Shown here: positions 26,401 to 39,251 of the stretch, one piece after another
Numbering within the stretch: position 1 is the first letter of the stretch
Layout: each line of letters opens with the position of its first letter
DNA from: Selaginella moellendorffii
Lineage: Eukaryota > Plantae > Lycopodiophyta
Length of the DNA: 64,000 nucleotides
Assembly: GCF_000143415.4 (NCBI RefSeq)
Contig: NW_003314274.1
Location: 1,316,851-1,380,850 of the forward strand
Direction: 5' to 3'
Program-made: the position numbers and the translations under genes
Notes under the pieces: generated by a model
What the model was told of the DNA's origin: nothing
Seen by the model: only the letters and a program-made list of their open reading frames with translations
The model's database searches: none

Positions 26401-28550
26401 AATTTTGGAGACGAGGAGTTTAGCCTGAAAGTTACACGTAGATCCAGGAAAAAAGATTAAAGGAACTTCGGTTTATACCTTGAAACTTCGAATTCCAGCT
26501 TCGGAGATGGAGGAGTTATCGAGATTGATTTTCCAATGGACGGATTTGGCAATGTCACTCCTTCCCGCAGTGGTATTCGTGTGCACGAATCATATACTTG
26601 GCTCCCGGATGACTTTGAAACCGTTCCCTGCCACGCTATCTCCCCGTCTATCAAAACTTGCAAGTCCCTCACACCTTTGCCAATACTTTGGGTGTGATTC
26701 CAAACTTCAAGGTGTCCGATCGAAGTGTCTTCCGAAGGTAGCTGAAAGAATATTTCCAGAGGAGGAGAGCCTGGCAAGGGAAGTAAAGCCTCCCACACGC
26801 TAGAATTCACACCACCATCCACAATCCGGCCAAGTTCTTTTGCAGCTTCACAATTCGAGGTGATTTGCATAGGCTGGACGTCGATTTTCTTGCCATCAGT
26901 GTCAAACAGATCTACCTGCAAAAACACACGAAAGTTCGTAAGAAAGAAAACAAAAATAATCACAAGAAACTGTTCTAGCAACCACGTAAAAGCACCATCC
27001 AAAGCTATCTATCCCAAACTAGTACACTACCTCTTTGCAAAAAGTTCATCCCGCGTCGACTCTGCAGCCTATTACAAATTGAGCTTTCATGCGTAGACAA
27101 AGGATACCTGCACAAGACCAACGAAGTGCTTGTCGCCCCAAGTTGATAGAATGCGAAGAGATAAGGTACGGGTTTTGCTGACAGCGGAAACTTCAACTCC
27201 TTCACAAGGATGTTCTTGAGGCGTCAGCATGTCGACGTCGCCACCTTCGAGTTTATCCATAACCCCCAGAAGATACTTGAGCTTGTGGGAGCTAAGAACT
27301 TGCAACCGTGCATTGAGAAGCTGTAGCAACGACTGCTCCATGTTTTCGGCTTCTGGCGAGGTAATGTTCCAGCTGATGGTTGTCTCCCCGTCAGATAGTT
27401 GGCCACCTTGATTGTCCTCAGCTTCTAAATCCTTGCTCAATCCCCCCTCCTCCTCTGCTCTGATTCGCTTATCTTGCTTCTTCAGTATCGCTGGAACAGA
27501 GTCCCAGCTCGCTCTAAAGCGATGCCTCCGCGGCGTCTCCTCCACTTGAGCATGCTTCGAGTCGAGTAAGTTCACTTGAATCTCTTCACTGATCCCTTCC
27601 AGCAACCGATCGCTAGTCTTCCCTTCTATCCCAACACTATTCTCTTGTTCCAACGTCGCAGACTCTTGGGTTGACAAGTTGTCTGCTCCAGTGGAATCTC
27701 CCTGCTGCGAGAGCTTCCCAAGAGTCTCCACCAGTGCCTCGGAGCTCCTTTGTTTCTCGTTCTCCTCGAGCTTCGCGGACGAGTCATACGATTTCCTGGC
27801 CACCAGCAGCGACTCGATTATGTCCAGAGGATTGTCCTGATAGAAGACGTGGTAAACGATATCCTGGCCGACGTACTCAGGCGAGTGGAGTGGTCTTTCG
27901 GAGTCTTTCGTGAAACCATCCAGAGAGCTGTTAACGCGCAGCTCAACTTGGCGCTGAAAAGCACTTCCGAGAGTCGAGGACGTCGAGTGTTGCTGACCAA
28001 ACTGGACCGGAATTCCATCAACCTGGCAGATTTCTGGATCTGGTGACGGAGAGTGGAACTCGAGAGACTTGTTCTCGTCTTCTTCCTGGTCATTCTCCTC
28101 CGATATGAGCTGCTTGGATTTCTCCAAGTTGTGTTTGATGATCCGGTTCTCGGACTTTAACGGTTTCATGCTAGCTTTGATCCTGGACTCAGCAACCTGG
28201 ACAAAAGAAAAATCAAAGAGGTAAAATTCTCTCTTCGCTACCTTGTGCCAGCCTTTGCTCCTTCCCACACCGAGTCCTCTCCTGCGATGAGATTAACCAG
28301 GGCAGGGAAGAAATTTTAGAAACTCCAAGAAGAAATACCTCTCATCTTTGTTGGATGGACGAACATACAATGGCCGACGCAAGGGGCTCTTTTCCAGTGC
28401 TTTGCTCGCATCACTGCGAAAAGATCTATTTCAGCTGATATGGATCGACATCCCTGCTTACCTCACGACGATGCAGCCATATTTCTTGCTCGTATCCGTT
28501 CTCATCTTCCCAAACCGGGCAAACATCTCAGATGCTCCGGCGCTCGGCAT
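23436..28550 (-). CDS. KATNIP: KATNIP/KIAA0556-like (DUF4457 repeats) ciliary protein, multi-exon; start uncertain
   Basis: Repeated (L)STWGDxxYxGLxGIE, DKLVDGxNxTxDDxHMWL and RFWNYNKS motifs. Confidence 0.88.
24021..24079 (-). other. U12-type (minor) GT-AG intron in KATNIP
   Basis: Donor GTATCCTTC; branch sequence CCTTGAC ending ~11 nt before the 3' end; no polypyrimidine tract; removal restores the frame VPVLKH-NVHVLPD. Confidence 0.85.
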
Positions 28551-28777
28551 CCATTCCACTGTCGCATTGCACCCTTGGATTCCTGCCACTTTCGAGCACA
28601 CCACCACATTCTCTCTCGATCGATGGCAATCGCCTTCACTCTCATCCACGCTTCATCTGCCCTAGCCAACTGATTCATAGCTCTGCCCACGTGGCCCAAA
28701 CGTGAAATTACATCGTAAAAACAAAGTATAATAGCTGAAGTTAATTAATTGAAATTAAGAATTCATATCAGTTAATT

Positions 28778-29823
28778 TTAAGAGGATGGCATTGGTACCC
28801 CACAGCCGGGCAATAGACTCACAGTTGGAATAATATAATTAGAAATGAGTTTAGACGAAACTTCATAAAATTGCTGAATGAAATGAGTGCCATCAAATAG
28901 TAAATATTCACTTGGATTGTTGCATACAGTACCACTTGGTGATCCACAACCACATAGTGCTGTATTATTATCAGTAACGCAATTGAAATTACCTTCAGGT
29001 ATCCCACAACAAGCTTGTTTATAACTTTTAAATCCATATTGCTCCATGTTATTACTTGCAGAAAACCAATCAAAATAATATATTTCAATATCATCATTTT
29101 GATTGTTAATATCATTTACCATTTCTAATAATTTCTTATTAAATAAATCAATAGTATTTCTAACCTCAACAAGGCATCCAAGTTGTCATAAAGCATCCCA
29201 GCAGCATTAGAAAATAATTGTAAATAGCTAGGAGCACAATCATAACGAGGAAGATTCATTATCATAAAATATTTTGCATCAGAATTATGTAAATCCATAA
29301 TACTAGAATTGATGCCCTTAACTACAGCTGGAATTGTAATATTCATCACATATCAACATTTTGATGATTGTCAACTTGCTGTTTATGCCATATAAAATCT
29401 GAAACTTGAGCAGACAATATATGAGGAGTAGCAAAAGATGTGTTATAAACACTAGGTGGACGAACTGTTGCTCCAGCATAGCCAAAATTCAAACTTGTAA
29501 AATAAGTACCATTATAAGTTAAACTTGGAGGCTCAATATCATCCAACTTCAATTGACGAGCTAAATAATCAATAAATACATACCCATCACAAAATCTTCC
29601 AGTGGGCTTTCCCAGTGTAATTTCATATGGTAGATGTCCAGAAAGACTAAATGCACCTTAAATGTCCCGCTGCTACTGCTTCAAGATTGCGATTGCCAGT
29701 ATCTGAGAGTGCATCAGAAAAGCTAAAGATTGCACTAGGACACAATTTTTGTTCAAAATTACGAGCATCACCATAAATCGCCAGCAAAAGGAAAAAAACA
29801 AAAGCAAAAAGACTAGAGGCCAT
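28778..29823 (-). pseudogene. GDSL esterase/lipase pseudogene
   Basis: Signal peptide, FSDALSDTGN (catalytic GDS altered), PTGRFCDG, LNFGYAGAT, ACCG, FDGTHF; frameshifts and stops; AT-rich. Confidence 0.85.
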
Positions 29824-32129
29824 TAAAACGAATGAAGGTAACAAAATGATTTAACCTTCTATACATTGGTTTAGAGTTATGTTTATCTGAACAGCTGATA
29901 TTTTTGTATGAGCGAAAATATATATATTGTTTCTATAATACTATGTAAGTTATGTTTATTTCCACATGTGATATTTTTGTATCATTTTTCTTATATATTT
30001 TAGTTGTGAAATAGTTGCTATTTTATAACCTAGCTTCAAAGTAAGGAACTAGCCAGCAGCACTTCCTAATGGTTGCCTAGAGCGTTCGAGCTCCAGAAGT
30101 GATCTTCAACCAGCTGGTGACATTTTCCCCACTACAGCTCATAAGCATCCTACCACGATGATCCTTCTCTTATAAGCACAAGTTCGAGTTGTAACCAGGC
30201 TCTCACTTCAATATCTGCATTGCAAAAGTGGACTGTAGACAAAGAAATACTGCTAGAAAGTGTTCCTATACATTATCTCTTTGCATCCTCGACTTTACTA
30301 AAGCGAGCACTCAAAGACTTGCCTGTCAAAATTGAATCCAAGTAAGTGGAACCAGGCACGGCCCGTTCCTCGATGTCACAGGTGATTGTTCTTCTTTTCT
30401 TCTTTGACACTGCAACATGCTCTCCACTCGGGCTCGTAGTATGGCAAATCCGTCACAGGAATCCCATCCATTAAATTTTTCTTGGTCTTTAGCCAGCATC
30501 CATTGATACCTGCAACTCTGTCACCTATATAGAGTTTTTCAAATCCCAAAAGCGTCCATTGTGACATTGAAGATAAAAAGCTTTGGAGATTCGATTAGGA
30601 ACAGAGTTTCCAATAAAAGCTAGAAATTTTTCCCAAAAAACCTTATCGTCTGATGCATGGACTCAAGCATCTGGATCAAAGGAGCCGAATAATACCAACA
30701 GTGGCAGCACAGACACTGCTCGTTCCACCACTGACCTGATCCAAGGCGTCCACTCGGTGGCGGGATTATTCCAATGCCACGCACGATGGCCAGCTCCATG
30801 AATTAGAACAAAGTTGGGACACACAACTTTGTTAACATTGGAGGAAGCAGGATGCCCTTATTAGAATGATCTCTATCTCGCCGAGAGAGAGTGAGTGATC
30901 CAAGAAGTAATCTAGAGTAAAACGGATATACGTAATTTACTCGAATATTCATTTTTAGGGCTACTCTAAGCACCAAGTACCCACGCCCGGACAGGATCCG
31001 CGGTGATGCCGCGTGCAGGATCGAGACGCCGGATGGGCGGCACGGGCATAGGCCTATTGCGATGACATCATCGAGGCTTTCTGTGTCGGAGTGGCTCGAA
31101 CCATTCGTGCCGGAGAAGGATTATAAGGCTGATTTTGGCGAGATGCTCAAAGAACAAACTTACGGTGCTCGATTCTTGTCCAGGAGAAAAAGCTCCAGAG
31201 CTATTGTGCGAAGCTCAACCTGGCGCTAAAAAACACGTCTTGAGTCGAGGATCAAAGCTTAGAGCATGACGAGGCCATTCCCGTCCCCGTCCCTAGATGC
31301 CAGGTTGTCTCTACATGGTCCACAGCGGGATTTCCATCTCCTTACTCCAGACGAGGTCTAACTTTTCGAGGCATTTCGTTCAATTGGATGGAAAGCGACA
31401 ATTTGTATGAACATGAGATAGTCCAGTCCGGTGCACAGTTTCTTTCATCGTGCATTTCGGTTACCATTTGACACCCATCCGACTCTGGATCTCACGCAAA
31501 TGAAGCTTGAGACGCGCAGACATATCCCTGAAAGCTTTCTCAAGCGCCAGACATTATTGCCTGAACGCCTTTTGAGACAAATAACGCGAAAGCTCTTTCG
31601 AAATATGTCCATTGGCTCGGCGCAAAGTTTTCGATGAAACACGTCCGTTCGGACAAGCTTACCTATGTATCAATGGGATTTCTTGTTCCCTTGCCAAGAG
31701 TTTCCACTCTCATTTGTGGTACTTGCGTCCTTGTAAAGATCTCTACTTTCACTGTTGAGCTCTGCAAGAAGGACCACCTCGGGCTCCTCCTCAAAGTGTA
31801 GAAGGAATTCCGCTCTGTCGCCAGGTTGCAGTTGATCACCGCAGACTATCTTATTTCCTGTAAGCATTTTCCTCTTTCATCATCCTCTACCCTTTCGACA
31901 AGTCGAAGTGAAAGAGTGAAAGCTGGACACTGTTCTTCAATCGATCAGCATGCTTGAATCATATGGCAGTTCAGGAGAAGTTCCTCCGGCGTATTTGCTC
32001 AGGCCTCCTTTTATTTCCTGCGGAACATCACAACACTCCAGCTCTTCCTGCAAGAAAAGGCTTGCAAAATTCACGAAAAAATAGAAGCTGATCACTCACC
32101 TATTGCACTGCCGCGCCCAACCACCGAGC

Positions 32130-32133
<4 letters not shown>

Positions 32134-32160
<27 letters not shown>
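32134..32160. repeat. (TG)n microsatellite
   Basis: Direct; shorter counterpart near 35111. Confidence 0.95.
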
Positions 32161-32526
32161 ATGAGGGAGAGAGATGGAATGGAATGCCGCCTTACCAGCC
32201 TTTCAAATGAGAAATTTCCCTCCATTATAATTCTTCGGAAGATGGATTGAATGTAGCATCACCTTCATTCTACTGATAACGGCTTCACCACTCCTGAAAT
32301 ATAATGATTTTCAGTTATGATCAAGTCAACCATGATATTGATCAAGTCATCTTGAACCAGTGAAATTAACGTGTTCTCCTGTGTCCCAGTAAAATGACCA
32401 AGTCAGATCTGGAGTGCTCGCAACTTTATATAAACTCTAGGGACCTCCTCATACTCCTCACTCCATTCCTCAGCAATCACAACAAAATATCAAAAGCTTC
32501 GATCAATCTCTGTCTGAACATACAAG

Positions 32527-33180
32527 ATGTCTTACAAGTTAGCCATTTGTCTAGTTGCCATTTGCGCCATTGCTTTCGTCCATGGATCAGATGAAGATGC
32601 CCTCCAGGACTTCTGTGTCCGTGACACAAACAGCAACACCAACGTCAATGGATTCATTTGCAAGCCTGCAGCTGCAACTCTAGCCAGTGATTTCAAGTTC
32701 CAGGGACTCCGGAACCCCGGGAACACCAACAACAAGCTGGGTTCAATGGTCACCAATGCAAATGTTGGTGAATTCCCGGGAATCAACACTCTTGGAGTCT
32801 CTTTCGCGAGGATCGATTATGCCCCTTACGGTGTCAATCCCCCTCACGTCCACCCCCGAGGAACCGAGCTCCTGTTCGTCCAGCAAGGAACACTCTATGT
32901 TGGATTCGTGAGCACCACCAACAACACACTCTTCGCTCAAACTTTGCATCCAGGGGATCTCTTTGTGTTTCCGCGTGGCCTAGTTCACTTCCAGCTCAAT
33001 CTTGGAAAGACACCTGCTGTTGCTCTTGCGGGATTCAATTCCCAGAATCCTGGAGTCACTCAGGTCGCGAAAGCAGTGTTTGCATCTAATCCTCCCATTT
33101 ACGATGCCGTCATCGAGAGGGCATTCCAGATCAATCCCAACCTGATCCAGCAGCTCAGGGACCTCATCAAGCAAACATAA
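32527..33180 (+). CDS. Germin-like protein, copy 1
   Basis: Signal peptide, LQDFCV, GVNPPHVHPRGTE, FVFPRGLVHFQ; TATA-like motif ~32426. Confidence 0.97.
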   Translation: MSYKLAICLVAICAIAFVHGSDEDALQDFCVRDTNSNTNVNGFICKPAAATLASDFKFQGLRNPGNTNNKLGSMVTNANVGEFPGINTLGVSFARIDYAPYGVNPPHVHPRGTELLFVQQGTLYVGFVSTTNNTLFAQTLHPGDLFVFPRGLVHFQLNLGKTPAVALAGFNSQNPGVTQVAKAVFASNPPIYDAVIERAFQINPNLIQQLRDLIKQT

Positions 33181-33278
33181 GCAATTTGTTCTCGCAAAAT
33201 TCTGCAATAATAATCTAAATTATTTTTAAAATGTGGCCGCACCATAAATCACTAGCAAAAGAGCAACAAATATGAAAT

Positions 33279-33745
33279 ATCGCCAGGAAGCTAGCAGCGC
33301 AAGGATTGTCTGTGACAATCATCAACATCGACAGCATCCATGAGAATCTAACACGGACATGGAAGCACATCGAGCACCAGGACATTCGCCTCGAAAAACT
33401 CAAGGCTCCCAATGCAGACAACTTGAATGATGCCGCTGCTTTCATGGATCCCGTCTATGATCTGGAAGAAGTACTCACAGCCCTCCTCGAGATCACAAGG
33501 CCTGTGTCATCTCCTATTTCTATCGCCTCTCGGCTCCGCTCGCCGCTGCTAGAGCAGGGATTCCTTCCGTTGCTTCTGGGCTGGAGCAGCGGCTTGGGCT
33601 TCCATTCACTATAGTCATTCTTCGCTGGCGGCTGCTGGATTGTCTCCAGTACATCTTAGATCTCTTCTGGAACTCACTCCTTTCCTTGGACACTAGCAAA
33701 CTTGTCTCCAATCTTCCTGGCTTGAAACCATTTAGAGCCGAGTAT
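33279..33745 (+). pseudogene. UDP-glycosyltransferase fragment
   Basis: Deletion-riddled copy of ~36399-36920. Confidence 0.92.
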
Positions 33746-35466
33746 TTGAAAGCAGCAGAGAGACTCATACACAACGAAAAAGAACTGTATATAACTTTTT
33801 ATGAATGAGTGGTACTTGCATATTCTGTTCTTGATGCCACTACTATCCAACACTTTTACTTACTCATGATTAAGTGCCTAATTCATACATAATATAATCT
33901 TGAATCATGCATAGCAAGGATGCTTCCGAGGCATGCTTCCGAAGAACCGGGTGAGCGATCTCTTCAAGCTAAACCTGGCGCTGAACAACACGTCTTGAGC
34001 CGTAGCATGAAATGGAGAATGACCAGGACGAAGACGAGGCCAAGTCCCTAGAGTTCCAGTCCCCGTCCCCAGATGCCAGGTTGATGTTCAGCAGCAACCT
34101 GGACAAAAAAAATGAAATACACGATGAAAGAAACTGCGTACCAACTAACTCATGGACTGCAGAATGTGCGGACTATGTGCCTTCATAGTCCATGTTCATA
34201 CAAATGGTCGAAATTGAACGAATGAGTCGAGAAATTATACCTCGTCCGGAGTAAGGAGATGGAAATCCCGCTGTGGAGCATGTAAACAAAATCCTCTTAT
34301 CGACAGCCGGAGTCTTGTCTCGTGTCAGTTCCCTCCATCAGACGGTTCCATTTGACAGCCAGCACTTCTTCTTTGCCAAGACTTCCAACAGTCCGACTCT
34401 GGATCTCACGCAAATCAAGCTTGAGACGTGCAGACATATCCCTGAAAGCTTTCTGAACATTTGACAAGCGCCCTAGACAATATTGTCTGAACGCCTTTCG
34501 AGACAAATAACGCGAAAGCGCTTTCGGAATATGTCCCAGCGAAAGCCCATGAAAGCAACTAGCACATTCGTCAGCCATGAAACACGCCCATTCAGACAAG
34601 CTTACCTTCACAGCGTATATATCCATGCGATTTCTGGTTCCCTTGCCAAGTGAGCTCGCATCACTAGGCAAGGGAACCAGAGATCGCATGGATATATAGG
34701 GAACCATTGCCTTAGTCCTCTCGTTGCAAGTCTATGGTACTTGCGTCTTTAGTTTTACTGTTGAGCTCTGCAGGATCGGGCTCCTCCTCAAAGTGTAGAA
34801 GGAATTCCGCTCTTTCACCGGATTGCAGTTGATCCCAGCCTCGAGCGGAAACTATCGGATTTCCTGTAAGCATTTTCGTCTTTCATCGTCCTCTAGCCTT
34901 TTCGACAAGTCGAAGTGAAAGGAACGCTGGACACTATTCTTCAATCGATCAGCGTGCTTGAATCAAAACAGAGCAACATCCAAACCAAGATGGCAATTGA
35001 GCAGAAGTTAATTTGCTTCCTACAGACAGCGCTATTTCCTGCGGACCTGCAAGAAAACGATTACAAAATCCACCGAAAAAATAGAAGCTCAATCACTCAC
35101 CTCTGCTTGCTGTGTGTGTGTGTGGCCCTTACCTCTCCTCGCAGACCTAAACCCTAGCCTTTCAAATGAAAATTTTCCCTCCATTTTGAATTATCACCTC
35201 CATTCTTTTGATAACGGCTTGACCACTCCTGAAATAATGATTTGACACTATGGCTTGATCAAGTCAGCTATGGTTTTGATTAAGTCACCTTGAACCAGTG
35301 AAATAAACGTGTTCTTCTATATCTCAGTAAAATGACCAAGTCAGATCTGGAGTGCTCACAAATCCTATATAAACTCTAGGAACCTCCTCACTCCATTCCT
35401 CAGCAATCAACGAGCATCACAACAAAATATCAAAAGCTTCGATCAATCTCTGTGTGAACATACAAG

Positions 35467-36120
35467 ATGTCCTACAAGTTAGCCATTTGTCTAGTTGCCA
35501 TTTGCGCCATTGCTTTCGTCCATGGATCAGATGAAGATGCCCTCCAGGACTTCTGTGTCCGTGACACAAACAGCAACACCAACGTCAATGGATTCATTTG
35601 CAAGCCTGCAGCTGCAACTCTAGCCAGTGATTTCAAGTTCCAGGGACTCCGGAACCCCGGGAACACCAACAACAAGCTGGGTTCAATGGTCACCAATGCA
35701 AATGTTGGTGAATTCCCGGGAATCAACACTCTTGGAGTCTCTTTCGCGAGGATCGATTATGCCCCTTACGGTGTCAATCCCCCTCACGTCCACCCCCGAG
35801 GAACCGAGCTCCTGTTCGTCCAGCAAGGAACACTCTATGTTGGATTCGTGAGCACCACCAACAACACACTCTTCGCTCAAACTCTGCATCCAGGGGATCT
35901 CTTTGTGTTTCCGCGTGGCCTAGTTCACTTCCAGCTCAATCTTGGAAAGACGCCTGCTGTTGCTCTTGCGGGATTCAATTCCCAGAATCCTGGAGTCACT
36001 CAGGTCGCGAAAGCAGTGTTTGCATCTAATCCTCCCATTTACGATGCCGTTATCGAGAGGGCATTCCAGATCAATCCCAAACTGATCCAGCAGCTCAGGG
36101 ACCTCATCAAGCAAACATAA
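35467..36120 (+). CDS. Germin-like protein, copy 2
   Basis: Same motifs; one amino-acid difference (N/K) from copy 1. Confidence 0.97.
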   Translation: MSYKLAICLVAICAIAFVHGSDEDALQDFCVRDTNSNTNVNGFICKPAAATLASDFKFQGLRNPGNTNNKLGSMVTNANVGEFPGINTLGVSFARIDYAPYGVNPPHVHPRGTELLFVQQGTLYVGFVSTTNNTLFAQTLHPGDLFVFPRGLVHFQLNLGKTPAVALAGFNSQNPGVTQVAKAVFASNPPIYDAVIERAFQINPKLIQQLRDLIKQT

Positions 36121-36329
36121 GCAATTTGTTCTCGCAAAATTCTGCAATAATAATCTAAATTAATTTTACCGGTCTATTTAAACATCAATGTGCTTTAGGA
36201 GGCTAGCCAATAATTTCTGAAGTACATGCAAGAAAAGGCTGCCACACATCTGACAAGCTTCCATCTCACATAAGTGGAGGGTTCTGCTAGGAAATGTAGA
36301 ATAAGGGATATCTAGAAGAGGAGAACGCA

Positions 36330-37748
36330 ATGGGTTCTCCCAAGCATGTCATTCTTGTTCCATTCCCCGCGCAAGGCCATATCTTACCGCTTGTCTATCT
36401 CGCCAGGAAGCTAGCAGCGCAAGGATTGTCTGTGACAATCATCAACATCGACAGCATCCATGAGAATCTAACACGGACATGGAAGCACATCGAGCACCAG
36501 GACATTCGCCTCGAATCCATTCCAATGAGACTCAAGGCTCCCAAAGGCTTCGGCGCCGACAACTTGAACGATGCCACTGCCTTCATGGATGCCATCTGCG
36601 ATCTGGAAGAAGCACTCGCAGCCCTCCTCGAGATCACAAAGCTAAGTCACCATGTTTCCTGTGTCATCTCCGATTTCTATCACCTCTCAGCGCCTCTCGC
36701 CGCTGCTAGAGCTGGGATTCCTTCCGTTTGCTTCTGGTCTGGAGCAGCGGCTTGGGCTTCCATTCACTATAGTCATTCTTCGCTGGCGGCTGCTGGATTG
36801 TCTCCACTAGAAGGTAAGACTCTTAGATCACTTCTGGAACTCACTCCTTTCCTTGCAGATTCAGACACTAGCAAGCTTGTCTCCAATCTTCCTGGCTTGA
36901 AACCATTTAGAGCCGAGTATCTTCCATCCTACTACCGCAAAGAGTTCTACGAAAAGAATGGAGGAGAAAAGTATCTCTCGCTTTCTCTGCGGCGAGTGGA
37001 AATCGACTCGTGCATCCTCGCAAACTCGATCTACGAGCTGGAGCCGCAAGTCTTCGATGCAATGCAGCAATTTGTCACCGGGAAGTTTGTGTCCGTGGGT
37101 CCGTTGTTCCCGCTCAAGGGTGGGGGCGCCAGTGAGATGGAGGCGAGCTTGAGGCCGGAAAGCCGGGGATCACTCGAATGGCTCGACAATCAAGCACCCA
37201 ATTCCGTGCTCTACGTCTCCTTCGGCAGCGTCGCGTCACTCACTCGAGCAGAGATGGAGGAACTCACGCAGGGGCTCGAGGCCAGCCAGAAGCAGTTTCT
37301 AATGGTGGCCTCGCGGGATCTAGCTCCAGAAGTGGACGAGAGCTTTTTTCGCGAGTTCGGGGAGAGATTATCGCGGTCGGGAGCCGGGATGCTTGTCAGC
37401 TGGGTTCCCCAGTTAGCGGTGCTGCAGCACGGGTCCGTGGGTGGATTCTTGACCCACTGCGGCTGGAACTCGACGCTGGAGAGCATGAGCCATGGAGTCC
37501 CGATGCTGGGATGGCCCTGCCACTCGGATCAAAACACAAACTGTAAGTTCATCCTGGAGGATCAAGGAATTGGAATGGAGCTACGTGATAAAACCAGGAC
37601 CGGCATCTCGATGGCGATTCGCAGCTTGATGGCGAGCGAAGAGATGAGGAGTAGAGCGTCACACATCGAGAGAGCCGCCAGAGAGGCCGCAAGCGAGAAT
37701 GGATCATCCTACAAGAAACTCCATGCTTTCGTTCATTCTATCAAGTAA
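36330..37748 (+). CDS. Family-1 UDP-glycosyltransferase
   Basis: HVILVPFPAQGHI; PSPG box WVPQLAVLQHGSVGGFLTHCGWNSTLES..DQ; probable 45-nt in-frame intron 36814-36858. Confidence 0.97.
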   Translation: MGSPKHVILVPFPAQGHILPLVYLARKLAAQGLSVTIINIDSIHENLTRTWKHIEHQDIRLESIPMRLKAPKGFGADNLNDATAFMDAICDLEEALAALLEITKLSHHVSCVISDFYHLSAPLAAARAGIPSVCFWSGAAAWASIHYSHSSLAAAGLSPLEGKTLRSLLELTPFLADSDTSKLVSNLPGLKPFRAEYLPSYYRKEFYEKNGGEKYLSLSLRRVEIDSCILANSIYELEPQVFDAMQQFVTGKFVSVGPLFPLKGGGASEMEASLRPESRGSLEWLDNQAPNSVLYVSFGSVASLTRAEMEELTQGLEASQKQFLMVASRDLAPEVDESFFREFGERLSRSGAGMLVSWVPQLAVLQHGSVGGFLTHCGWNSTLESMSHGVPMLGWPCHSDQNTNCKFILEDQGIGMELRDKTRTGISMAIRSLMASEEMRSRASHIERAAREAASENGSSYKKLHAFVHSIK

Positions 37749-37872
37749 AAGCGCCTGGTCAATGCATAGTCAACATAGAACAAATTATGTGTCAAACAAA
37801 ATAAAAGACCAGATGATAGGGCTGATGTGGACAAAATCTACCAGAACCTAGGGCTGACGTGGCTCCTATCTC

Positions 37873-38827
37873 ATGGCCATGGCGATGGCGAGCGCCTCAG
37901 CTGCGCGAACAACGTTTCTGGACGGCGGGGGGAGCTCTTCCTTCACGCAAAAGCTTGCATTCCATGAGAATGGCCTGGGATTGAGCGCTCCACGGCGGGG
38001 AGAAGGAGGTATGAATCGCATCGTGCATTGTCGATTGAGAAGCTTGAGGCCAAAGACGCAATGGCCAATCATCCCCGAGCAGCACAAATGGATGTACGAG
38101 GACAAGCCCGAGCTCCAAAAGGTGTGCTCCTTCTCTCTCTCGAGCATATCTTCTCTTTTGTTGAATCTATGGTTTTTTCTTGGATTGGTCAGGCAATCTG
38201 GCACAAATCCTACTATCCCAAGGAGGCCGATCATCCCAACGTGAGCAAGAAGTGGTACATTGTGGACGCGACCAACATGAGACTTGGCCGCCTTGCTTCC
38301 ACCATCGCGTACTATCTCCGCGGCAAGGATTCGCCAATGTTTACTCCCAGCCTGGACATGGGATCCTACATGATTGTGGTAAGAGCTTGTTCTTCCTGGT
38401 TCTTCCGTGATCACTTCCAGAGAAACCAAGCTATCTTCCATGGCTCGCTCCACAGGTGAATTCGGAGAAAGTCGGGGTGACGGGACGAAAGAGGACGGAC
38501 AAGCTCTACCGGAGACACTCGGGAAGGCCGGGAGGTCTCAAGGAGGAAACCTTCGACCATCTCCAGAAGCGAATACCCGAGAGGATCGTCGAGCACGCGG
38601 TGCGAGGCATGCTTCCGAAGAACCGGGTGAGCGATCTCTGCAAGCTTTTCGCTCTCGTTTCTTCGCTCTCCTTGGTTTACGTCCATTGTTTCTTGTAGCT
38701 GGGACGGGCGATGTTCAGGAAGCTCAAGGTGTTTAAAGGCGGAGACCATCCCCACGGAGCGCAAAAGCCAGAGCCACTGCCGATCAAGGATAAGAGAATC
38801 ATGCTGGACATGGAGCCTCAGTTCTAG
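37873..38827 (+). CDS. RPL13: Plastid 50S ribosomal protein L13 (nuclear-encoded), multi-exon
   Basis: Transit-like N-terminus; [55 protein letters not shown]. Confidence 0.95.
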
Positions 38828-39251
38828 GCTCGTAACCTCTCCTCCCTTGTAAGTGCTTCCTCGAGTTTTTACTTTTGGTAGAAAGCTTGCGGATGTTTTC
38901 ATTGCCTGGCTTCCAGATCTCCAGGAACACACCAACACAAAGTCCTACTGCTTGGCAAAGCCATGGCTCTCAGCCGCCTCACCGGAGTTTTCTTCACTGG
39001 ATCAACTTTTGGTTTGTGTGTATTCTCAGTAACCATTTTCCTGGGCTTCTAGAAAGCTGGCGAATTTAAAGCCTTGCATCGCCGATCGGCATTAAATTGT
39101 CTAGAAGAATTTTCGATTCTTTCTCTGGCAATATTTTCCCTGGCACCAAGGAGGAGAGAGATTTGCGGCTGTGTCCACAGGACGTAGGTATTGCTTCTCA
39201 TAAATTATTCTTTTCAAGTTTGTTCCCAGATGGAAATGGTGCTATATAATG

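Larger units (their letters stand above)
31211..33970. repeat. Tandem duplication A, eroded copy 1 (copy 2 = 33966-38646)
   Basis: Colinear homology: unknown minus-strand remnant, (TG)n, germin gene, UGT fragment and 44-bp RPL13 remnant. Confidence 0.9.
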
